In this document: in pieces, positions 55,986 through 64,000 of the stretch | How positions within the stretch are numbered: position 1 is the stretch's first letter | How the letters are laid out: every line of letters starts with the position of its first letter | Assembly (NCBI GenBank): GCA_963422645.2 | Contig: CAXXVO010000006.1 | Coordinates: 160,001-224,000 of the forward strand | Source of the DNA: Alphaproteobacteria bacterium | GTDB taxonomy: Bacteria > Pseudomonadota > Alphaproteobacteria > UBA828 | Length of the DNA stretch: 64,000 nt | Reading direction: 5' to 3' | The notes under the pieces: model-generated | The model's input: only the letters and a program-made list of their open reading frames with translations | The model's database searches: none | What the model was told of the DNA's origin: nothing | Program-made: the position numbers and the translations under genes

Positions 55986-56104
55986 CTCCCCCACCACCCC
56001 GTCCGTCCAAACGACGAGGTGTGTTCATGGACACAAATCCAAGGGGGTCAATTTTGGACGCCGATCACCCCCAATAGGGGGTCACTTTTCCACGCTTAAC
56101 AACA

Positions 56105-56419
56105 ATCTCAGGCGGCTTCCGCTCCCTGCAAGGCGCCTGCAACTTCGCCGGAATGCGCAGCGTCATCGTCACCGCTCGAAAGCAAGGCTGGAACATCCTG
56201 CAAATCCTGGCGCACCCGGAACCGATGCAGCTGATCCCTATACTGCGCTCCTGAACTTCTCCGGCTCATCCTGAGTATCGCTGTCCTCTCATCTTGTTCG
56301 CGACGCGGCGTTCATCATCCTCTCGCGCTCAAGAGAGTAGGCACCCCCGCGGCGTGGGGGCGTTGACGCAAAAGGAACTGGCTTGTTCCATAAGAGAGAG
56401 GGGGTACCTGGGCAGTTAC
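56105..56419 (+). mobile_element. 3' remnant of a diverged ISBst12-type IS66 isoform
   Basis: ISGGFRSLQGACNFAGMRSVIVTARKQGWNIL..., ends CCTGGGCAGTTAC. Confidence 0.8.
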
Positions 56420-56825
56420 AAAACAAATAGGAACCAGCATGATCACCAGCATCATTATGCTTGCTTAAATACTCTGAAATGCGTCCGATTTCTTGATCTT
56501 TTGCAACATTGATAACCCCCTTATAGACGTAAAGTTCGGCATATCTAATGCGCAAGATTTCAAGGATTTCGGGAACGCCCATTTCCATCTCTCGCTTTGC
56601 TCTACAATAAGTATAAGTGACGAGATGACGTTTGCTCGCCTCTACTATCCTAGCAGCCGTGGTGCCGCTGAGGAATGAATAGGCAGCCACTTGATTGTTC
56701 CCTGTTGTTATGGTGTCGATCTTGTCGTCGCTCGGCAAGCCACCGCCGCCCCCCAACCTCGGTGCTGTGCTAAGGTCGGCGCCCGCTCATCTGCGGCGCC
56801 GCGCGAAAAGGAGTCAGCAGCACCC

Positions 56826-57998
56826 ATGACCTCCAACCGAATGCCAGGCCTCGATTTCGGGCTGGGCGAGACCGCCGACATGATCCGCTCTTCCGTGGAG
56901 AGCTTCTCGCAGGCGGAAATCGCGCCGCGCGCGGAAGAGATCGACGCGAGCAACGAGTTCCCGCGCGACCTCTGGCCCAGGCTCGGCGACCTCGGCCTGC
57001 TCGGCATCACCGTGGAGGAGGAGGAGGGCGGCAGCGGGCTCGGCTACCTGGAGCATTGCGTCGCCATGGAGGAGGTGAGCCGCGCGTCCGCCTCGGTCGG
57101 GCTCAGTTACGGCGCGCACTCCAACCTCTGCGTCAACCAGTTGAGGCTCAATGGGACGCAAGCCCAGCGCGCCCGCTACCTGCCCAAGCTGATCTCGGGC
57201 GAGCATGTCGGCGCGCTCGCCATGAGCGAGCCGGGCGCGGGCTCGGACGTGGTGGGCATGCGCACCCGGGCCGAACGCCGGGGCGACCGCTACGTCCTCA
57301 ACGGCTCCAAGATGTGGATCACCAACGGGCCGGACGCCGAAGTATTGGTGGTCTACGCCAAGACCGACGCGCAAGCCGGCAGCCGGGGCATCACCGCCTT
57401 CCTGATCGAGCAGGGCATGGCCGGCTTCTCCACCGCCCAAAAGCTCGACAAGCTCGGCATGCGCGGCTCCAACACCTCGGAATTGGTGTTCGAGGACTGC
57501 GAGGTGCCGGCGGAGAACGTGGTCGGCGAGGTCGGCGGCGGCGTGCGCGTGCTGATGAGCGGGCTCGACTATGAGCGCACGGTGCTGGCCGCCGGGCCCT
57601 TAGGGATCATGCGCGCCTGCATGGACATCGTGCTGCCCTACGTCCACCAGCGCCAGCAGTTCGGCCGGCCCATCGGCACCTTCCAGCTCATGCAGGGCAA
57701 GATCGCGGACATGTACACCGCGATGAACGCGGCCCGTGCTTACGTCTACGCCGTGGCGCGCGCCTGCGATCGGGGCGAGACCAGCCGCAAGGACGCCGCC
57801 GGCGCCATCCTCTTCGCCGCCGAGAAGGCGACCTGGATGGCGCTCGAGGCGATCCAGGCCTTGGGCGGCAACGGCTACGTCAACGAGTTCGCCACCGGCC
57901 GCCTGCTCCGCGACGCCAAGCTCTACGAGATCGGCGCCGGCACCAGCGAGATCCGCCGCATGCTCATCGGCCGCGAGCTCTTCGACGAGACGGGATAG
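56826..57998 (+). CDS. ivd: Isovaleryl-CoA dehydrogenase
   Basis: '[13 protein letters not shown]', '[12 protein letters not shown]', 'KMWITNGP', '[15 protein letters not shown]'. Confidence 0.93.
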   Translation: MTSNRMPGLDFGLGETADMIRSSVESFSQAEIAPRAEEIDASNEFPRDLWPRLGDLGLLGITVEEEEGGSGLGYLEHCVAMEEVSRASASVGLSYGAHSNLCVNQLRLNGTQAQRARYLPKLISGEHVGALAMSEPGAGSDVVGMRTRAERRGDRYVLNGSKMWITNGPDAEVLVVYAKTDAQAGSRGITAFLIEQGMAGFSTAQKLDKLGMRGSNTSELVFEDCEVPAENVVGEVGGGVRVLMSGLDYERTVLAAGPLGIMRACMDIVLPYVHQRQQFGRPIGTFQLMQGKIADMYTAMNAARAYVYAVARACDRGETSRKDAAGAILFAAEKATWMALEAIQALGGNGYVNEFATGRLLRDAKLYEIGAGTSEIRRMLIGRELFDETG

Positions 57999-58010
57999 AA
58001 GTTTTTCTCT

Positions 58011-58229
58011 TCCCTCAGGCGCCGGGCGCTGGTCTTTTTTGATTTCCCTCGACGGCGCTCGCTCGCTCCGCTCGCTTGCCTACGCGCTTTGCGCGCGGCG
58101 CAGTCGCGCCATCCGGGCCTTTGGCCCGGGAGGGCGGAGGGAGAGCGTGGTCGGCGCCCCCGAGGTGCTGGACAGTAGCGGACCGGAGCGCGAAGCGGGC
58201 CGGAGCGCGCGACCGCGCGCCGCGCCGCT
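58011..58229. repeat. GC-rich inverted-repeat element, copy 2 (inverted, partly truncated)
   Basis: Shares the doubled TTCCCTC head, GCTCGCTCCGCTCGCTTG.CTACGCGC and CCGGAGCGCGCGACCGCGCGCCGCGCCG with 50949-51233. Confidence 0.65.
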
Positions 58230-58430
58230 TTGCGCAACTGCTTCATCACGGTGGCCGAGCGTGAATTGATGCTGCCCTCGACGCTCACCAAGCGTCTGGT
58301 CAATCACGCCCGGCCCAACGATGTGACCGAAGGCTACGCCGCCGACTGGACTGTCGCCCAACTCCGCGAGCCCGCTCAAAGGATCGCCGACCGGATTGAG
58401 ACGCTGATGCGCGAAGTCGCGGCACCGTAG
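58230..58430 (+). pseudogene. Tyrosine recombinase C-terminal fragment
   Basis: 'LRNCFITVAE...KRLVNH....DVTEGY....LREPAQRIAD'. Confidence 0.7.
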
Positions 58431-58659
58431 CCTCTCCACTGGTACGGCCCCGTTCACCCCACGCTGAGTGGCCGGCGCGCAGGACGGCAATGGCCGCGGC
58501 AAGCTGGTCCCCATCACGCTCGGCCAGCAGTCTGTCGGATTTGACGGCGCCGTTCGCGACGCCGAGCTGCTCCGTCCCTATCATCGTCGCGACCGCACAA
58601 CCGATCGTGGGAAAGCCAATGACGAACGAAGAACTGATCGTGCAGTTCATCGGACGGGT

Positions 58660-59186
58660 CGCCTGGAATTGGCGCCGTCGGCGGCGACGGCAAGGCGCGC
58701 ACGCACTCACCTGCCGTCCGCGAGCCGGGCCAGGGTCGCGCCGTCGGCAGGCCCCAGCGCCTCGACCGAGGCCGGCGCGAGATGGCGGAGGGCCGGCAGC
58801 GCCGCAGCGCGCGCCCAGGGCGTGGCGGATGGCCCGGTTCTCGACGATGAAGCCGAGCGGCCCCGCGCCCGCGGCCTTGTGATCGTAGTGCAGGAAGAGC
58901 GGCGCATCGCCGTCGGAAACGCGGATCTCCAGGATCGGCTCGGCGCCGCCGGCCACAGCCCGATGCCGTCCAGCACGCACTTGGAGCCAAGCGCGATGGA
59001 CGAGACCCGGCCGTCGAACGCGGCATCACGCATCGCCTCCGGCGCCGCGCCGTCGACCACCACCGTCTCGATCCCGGCGCCGACGAGCGCCACACCCAGC
59101 GTGAGGCCGACGAGGCCCCCGCCGATGACAACAACGTCGCTCTCGATCCGCCCGTCCGGTTCGCCATCCGCGGCCAAGCCCGTCAC
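58660..59186 (-). pseudogene. UbiH/COQ6-family FAD hydroxylase, frameshifted, nonsense-mutated and truncated
   Basis: 'DVVVIGGGLVGL', 'FDGRVSSIA', 'LGFIVENR', 'AADGANS' spread over different frames; TGA at 58707. Confidence 0.8.
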
Positions 59187-59402
59187 ACTCCCGGCTCGAT
59201 CCAGAGACCGGCCCATCTTAGCCCGCATGTCTCGCCAGGGTCATGGTCTGCGCTACCAGGCCGACAGGGCGCGGGTCTGCCGGAGGCCTCGATTTGACAG
59301 GCGCCTGCGACGCCGCGCTATGCTGCGGCTTCGGCTGGGGCCCGAATACTCCAGACCATCGCAACGGGGACGGCCGACAATAGACATGATGGGGAGGATG
59401 TC

Positions 59403-60464
59403 ATGCACGTGGGGAGAATCCTGAGACGGGCGGCGATCGCGGTTGCGATTGGGCTCGGCATCGCGCTTGGCGGCCAGACGGCAAGCGCCGATGGGTACAA
59501 GGTCATCTATATCGCGCCGACGCTCGGCAACGCTGCCGACGTGGTGATCGCCAAGAACTGGCAGGAGCAGTGCGAAGCCCAGGGCATGGAGGCGGTCATC
59601 AAGAACGCGGAGAACGACCCGAAACGCGAGGCCGACGAGTGGGATACGGCAATCGCGTTGGGCTATGACGCCATCGTCGGCGGGCCGGTCGACAGCAATG
59701 CCACCGTCGTCTCGGTCAAGAAGGCCAACAAGGCCGGCATCCCGGTGTTCATGCTGGGGCGGACGACCGCCGCCGGCAAGGTCGAGCTGATCTCGCGCGC
59801 CGATCAGGTCGCGCTCGGCACGCTGGCCGCCGAGGAACTGGTCAAGCGGTTGGAACAGCAACGCGGCGCCGTGGCGGGCATCATCCTCGAGCTCCAGGGC
59901 GAAATGGCGAGCACCAACGCCAAGGTGCGGAGCGACGCCATCAACGCCGTGCTCTCGCGCTATCCGGACCTGGAGGTCATCTCGCGCAACACGCACTGGG
60001 ACGCCGCGCAGTTCCACGACCTCACCAAGTCGATCGCGAGCGCCAACGACGTGGTCGGCATCACCATGGGCAGCGATGTGATCCCGGGCGTGGACGCTGC
60101 GCTCAAGTCCATCGGCAAGTGGAAGCCGATCGGCGACCCCGATCACATCGTGGTCACCGGCATCGACGGCGACCCGCGCATCCTCGACCTGATCGGCGAG
60201 GGCTACTGGGATGCCTCGGCACTCCAGGACATGGTCGGTTACGGCACGATCCTGGCGGAATACATGAAAGACTATCTCGACGGCACCTTCAGGATCGAGG
60301 CAGCCGGCGCGATCAGCGCGCCCGGCCGAGCGCATGACGGGCAGGTGGCGATACGGGCGGACGACACCGAGGGCTGGGAGATTCAGACCCCGAGCAAGGT
60401 GATCGACAGCTCCAACCACACCGACCCGACCCTCTGGGGCAACGCGATCAAGAGATATCAGTAA
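59403..60464 (+). CDS. Sugar-type ABC transporter substrate-binding protein
   Basis: Signal peptide, 'ANKAGIPV', 'VTGIDG'; GGAGG RBS. Confidence 0.88.
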   Translation: MHVGRILRRAAIAVAIGLGIALGGQTASADGYKVIYIAPTLGNAADVVIAKNWQEQCEAQGMEAVIKNAENDPKREADEWDTAIALGYDAIVGGPVDSNATVVSVKKANKAGIPVFMLGRTTAAGKVELISRADQVALGTLAAEELVKRLEQQRGAVAGIILELQGEMASTNAKVRSDAINAVLSRYPDLEVISRNTHWDAAQFHDLTKSIASANDVVGITMGSDVIPGVDAALKSIGKWKPIGDPDHIVVTGIDGDPRILDLIGEGYWDASALQDMVGYGTILAEYMKDYLDGTFRIEAAGAISAPGRAHDGQVAIRADDTEGWEIQTPSKVIDSSNHTDPTLWGNAIKRYQ

Positions 60465-60634
60465 GCGGGGCGGCCGTTCCCCTTCCCCGGAGCGGGAAGG
60501 GTGCGGCACGGGACCGGGCCGGGGGCGTCGCAGGCGCGCCCGGTTCGCGGCCCCACTGCGCCGCACCCGGTGCCGCACACCCGGCGCCGGGTGCCTCCAG
60601 CCATGACCGCTGCGCGCGCAGACGCAGGCGTGCC

Positions 60635-61696
60635 GTGACCGCCGCCGATCAGGACCGCGGCGCGTCCCTGCCCGAGCCGGCGCCTGCGAGCGAGCATCCG
60701 GCCATGATGAGCGGACCGACGCGCCTCGTCCTGCGCAACATGGTCTGGCTCGTGCTGATCGTCGTCACGGTGGTCTTCATCCTGATCGAGCCGCGGCTCA
60801 TCTCGGTCCGCATCCTGATGAACGTGCTCGAGCATTCCTCGATCCTCGGGATTCTCGTGATCGGCATGACGCTTTGTCTTCTGACCGGGCGCTTCGACCT
60901 CTCTACCGAATCCACGCTCGGGCTGACGGCGCTGGTGGGCGCCTGGATGGTGTCCACCAACGCGAATTTCGGCTCCGAATGGTATCTGCCGGCGCCGTTG
61001 GTGATCGTGCTCATGCTCGCGATGGGCGCCGCCATCGGCGCGGTCAACAGCCTCTTCATCCTCAAGCTCAAGGTGAACGCCTTCATCGTCACGCTGGCCA
61101 TGCTGCTGGCGCTACGCGGCTTCACCTATGTCTTCACCGACGCGAAGTCGATGTACGACATGCCGGACGGGTACATCGCGCTCGGCAGCCACAGCGTCGC
61201 AGGCATGCTGCCGCTTTCGGTGATTCTCTTCCTGGCGCTCTTCGGCCTCGGCCACGTCTTCCTCGCCCACACGCGCGTCGGCCGCGATCTCTATGCCATC
61301 GGCGGCAACCAGTCGGCGGCCTTCGCTGCCGGCATCCCGGTGGACCGGCGCATCTTCGCGGCCTTCGTGGTCTCCGGCATGCTGGGTGCCCTGGCGGGCT
61401 GGGTGCTCGCCGGCCGGCTCCAGGCCGTGACCATCAATCTGGGCCAGGGCATGGTGTTCGAGGTCTTCGCCGCCGCCGTCATCGGCGGTGTCAGCCTCAC
61501 GGGCGGTAAGGGTACCATGCTCGGGCCGCTGGGCGGCGTGCTGTTGCTCGGCGTGATCGCGACAGGCCTCAGCGTGCTGCCGATCTCGGCCTTCTGGGTG
61601 GACGCGGCGCGCGGTATCGTGATCCTCGCCGCCGTGGTCATGTGGCGTGTGACGGAGATCTTCGAGGAGCGATGGCGCACGGGGACGGTGCAATGA
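60635..61696 (+). CDS. Sugar-type ABC transporter permease
   Basis: 'GRFDLS', 'AFIVTL', 'YAIGGN..AA..AGI', 'AAVIGG.SL.GG.G'. Confidence 0.9.
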   Translation: MTAADQDRGASLPEPAPASEHPAMMSGPTRLVLRNMVWLVLIVVTVVFILIEPRLISVRILMNVLEHSSILGILVIGMTLCLLTGRFDLSTESTLGLTALVGAWMVSTNANFGSEWYLPAPLVIVLMLAMGAAIGAVNSLFILKLKVNAFIVTLAMLLALRGFTYVFTDAKSMYDMPDGYIALGSHSVAGMLPLSVILFLALFGLGHVFLAHTRVGRDLYAIGGNQSAAFAAGIPVDRRIFAAFVVSGMLGALAGWVLAGRLQAVTINLGQGMVFEVFAAAVIGGVSLTGGKGTMLGPLGGVLLLGVIATGLSVLPISAFWVDAARGIVILAAVVMWRVTEIFEERWRTGTVQ

Positions 61697-62436
61697 ACGG
61701 GACGGAGGGGGAGGAGCTGCTCCGCGTGCGCGGCCTCTCCAAACGCTTCGACCATGTCGTCGCGCTCGACGACGTGAGCTTCGAGGCCCGCCGGCACGAG
61801 GTGCTCGGCCTCGTCGGCGACAATGGCGCCGGCAAGTCGACGCTGATCAAGCTGGTCTCGGGCGTCTACCGCGCCAATGCGGGCGAGATCGTCTATGCCG
61901 ACCGGCGGGTAGCCTTCGCGACACCGCGCGAATCGCGGGAGAGCGGCATCGAGGTCATCTACCAGGACATGGCGCTGGTCGACGATCTGGAGGTCTGGGA
62001 GAACGTCTTTCTCGGCCGTCTGCTCCGCACCCGCTTCCGCACCGTCGACCGGCGGCGCATGATCGCCGAGGCGGCGACCTTGTTGGAGAGCCTCGGCCTC
62101 GGCTCGCTGTCGCCGACCGCGCAGGTCGGCTATCTCTCGGGCGGGCAGAAGAAGGCGGTCGCTATCTCGCGCGCGCTCTACTGGGACACGCGGCTGATCT
62201 TCATGGACGAGCCGACCGCGGCGCTCGCGGTGGTCGAGATCGGCAAGGTGCTGGAGCTGATCGGCCGCCTGCGCGATACCGGGGTCGCCGTGGTGTTCGT
62301 GAGCCACAACCTGCAGGAGATATTCTCCACGGCCGACCGCATCATGGTGCTGCACCGGGGCCAGCTCTCCGGCATAAGGCAGACTGAAGAGACCGACCAG
62401 GACGAGATCATCAAGCTCATGATGGGCGCGGGCTGA
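61693..62436 (+). CDS. Sugar-type ABC transporter ATPase (single domain)
   Basis: 'GDNGAGKST', 'LSGGQ', 'MDEPTAAL'. Confidence 0.92.
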   Translation: MNGTEGEELLRVRGLSKRFDHVVALDDVSFEARRHEVLGLVGDNGAGKSTLIKLVSGVYRANAGEIVYADRRVAFATPRESRESGIEVIYQDMALVDDLEVWENVFLGRLLRTRFRTVDRRRMIAEAATLLESLGLGSLSPTAQVGYLSGGQKKAVAISRALYWDTRLIFMDEPTAALAVVEIGKVLELIGRLRDTGVAVVFVSHNLQEIFSTADRIMVLHRGQLSGIRQTEETDQDEIIKLMMGAG

Positions 62437-62470
62437 CGATCGCGCGCGACGGCGAGCGGGAGGAAGCGCG

Positions 62471-63454
62471 ATGACGATCAGCGCGGAGCAACTGGCGACC
62501 TACGAGCGGGACGGTTTCCTCATCATCGAGGGAATGTTCTCGGACGACGAACTCGCGCCGGTAATCGAGGAGATCGAGGCGCGCGTTGACTCGCTCGCCC
62601 AGCGCCTGTTCGCGGCGGGCAGGATCACGAGCACCTACGCCGAGGAGGGCTTCTACAGCCGCATGGCCAGGATCGCGGCCGAGTACGACAAGGCTCCCGG
62701 TCTCCTTCAAATCTCGATGCCCATGGGGCCGGAGCTCGCGGCGCTGTGGTCGTTGAACCGCCTGCTCGACATCGTGGCTGCGATCATCGGTCCCGACATC
62801 GAGGGCGGGGCGATCTGGAACGTGCGCCCGAAGGTGCCGGACAACGCGCTGATGACAGTGCCGTGGCATCAGGATTCGGGCTATCTCGCACCCAACGGGC
62901 AAGCCACGGCGCAGCCCGCCTGCTGGATCCCGCTGCTTGACGTGGGCACGGAGAACGGCTGCCTTCAGGTTGTGCGCGGCGGCCACAGGCCCATCGGCAA
63001 CGCCCGCCATCGGGTAGAGAAGAAGGTCGCCGATCCGCGTTCGTGGTATCTCTACATCGCCGACGATGACCTGCCGCCCGGCGAGCAGGTGACCTGCGCG
63101 ATGCGCAAGGGCTCGGTGCTCTTCATCCACGAGAACATGCCGCACCAAGGGCTCTGGAACCGCTCCGACCGGGTGCGCTGGGCGATCGACGTTCGCTGGC
63201 AGCGGCCGAGCGACCCGACGGGGCTCGAGAACGTGCTCATCCGCGGGCCCCGGATGCGCAAGGGCGACGACCCGGAATTCCGCCCGGACATGATGGCCTG
63301 GGCGGCCGAGGAGCGGGAGAAGTACGACGCTTGGGTGAACCGCGGCGACGACGGCGACCCGCTGGACCCGGCAATCGACGGCTCTTGGTACTTCGCGCGC
63401 TGGGACCCGTCGTTTCGCGAGGACGGTGCGGCAGCGGCCGGGGAGACCCGCTAG
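62471..63454 (+). CDS. Phytanoyl-CoA dioxygenase (PhyH) family Fe(II)/2OG dioxygenase
   Basis: 'YERDGF', 'PWHQD', 'WIPL', 'ENGCL', 'H...N.S..R'. Confidence 0.88.
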   Translation: MTISAEQLATYERDGFLIIEGMFSDDELAPVIEEIEARVDSLAQRLFAAGRITSTYAEEGFYSRMARIAAEYDKAPGLLQISMPMGPELAALWSLNRLLDIVAAIIGPDIEGGAIWNVRPKVPDNALMTVPWHQDSGYLAPNGQATAQPACWIPLLDVGTENGCLQVVRGGHRPIGNARHRVEKKVADPRSWYLYIADDDLPPGEQVTCAMRKGSVLFIHENMPHQGLWNRSDRVRWAIDVRWQRPSDPTGLENVLIRGPRMRKGDDPEFRPDMMAWAAEEREKYDAWVNRGDDGDPLDPAIDGSWYFARWDPSFREDGAAAAGETR

Positions 63455-64000
63455 GAGTGTGCGCCGCAGGAATCGCGGATCGCAAGGGATTGCTTTCCTG
63501 CGAAGCGACTGTGTGATCTGATAAGGCATCGCGTAGCGAGGACGGGTTGGATGTCGACGACGTATCGTCCCTATCAGCCGGACCAGTTGCTGTTGCTGGC
63601 GCCGGACCTTCGGGAGTGGCTCCCGGCGGGTCACTTGGCGCATCACGTGAGCGATTTGGTGGATTCTCTGGAGTTGAGCGCGTTGTACGCGCCGTATGAG
63701 GGTGACGGTCGGCGCAATTCCCCGTACGAGCCCTCGATGATGGTCAAGGTGTTGATTTACGCCTATGCGACGGGGGTGTTTTCCTCGCGCGCGATTGCGA
63801 GAAAGATCGAGGAGGACGTGGCGTTTCGGGTGCTGGGGGCGGGGAACTTCCCGCAGCACCGCACGATTTGTGAATTTCGCCGTCGTCATCTCGAAGACTT
63901 CGAGCGGATGTTCGTCGAGGTGGTGCGGGTGGCGCGCGAGATGGGGGTGGTGCGGTTTGGGACGCTGTCGGTCGATGGGACGAAGGTGCGGGCGAACGCG
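63455..64000 (+). mobile_element. IS1182-family element; transposase starts at 63551 and runs off the window
   Basis: Manual translation MSTTYRPYQPDQLLLL..DLREWLP..HLA...YAYATGVFSSRAIAR...HRTI..FR...VDGTKVRANA. Confidence 0.88.

Larger units (their letters stand above)
53554..56104 (-). mobile_element. IS21-family element, copy 3
   Basis: Same ends, length and ORF translations as copies 1 and 2. Confidence 0.93.

Overview
GC-rich bacterial DNA with alphaproteobacterial gene order (mutS, phoR-pstCAB-phoU-phoB, cinA-like-sfsA-map-radC). It is interleaved with organic-substrate catabolic and ABC-transport clusters and carries a very heavy load of insertion sequences: IS1595, three apparently identical IS21 copies, one intact IS66/ISBst12-type element plus several remnants, IS1182, and three pieces of a poorly classified DDE element with 16-bp TIRs and an ANNNT target. 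The region ~28.9-44.2 kb is a shattered integrase-associated defence island. It holds a split tyrosine integrase, an SNF2 helicase N-terminus, a type ISP R-M specificity domain, a HEPN-like gene split by IS66, an intact PrlF-YhaV pair, a frameshifted RelE-like toxin with an XRE antitoxin, and a macrodomain gene. Several metabolic genes carry single nonsense or frameshift lesions. No rRNA, tRNA or CRISPR array was seen. I found no intact, clearly novel multi-gene system. The most unusual signals are the ANNNT-targeting IS (its transposase stop codon is completed by the target base, and it has a deleted derivative with its own TSD), a ~250-bp GC-rich palindromic repeat family, a GGGACAAGT tandem array, and the eroded defence island. 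All family assignments come from motif recognition by eye, not from database searches.
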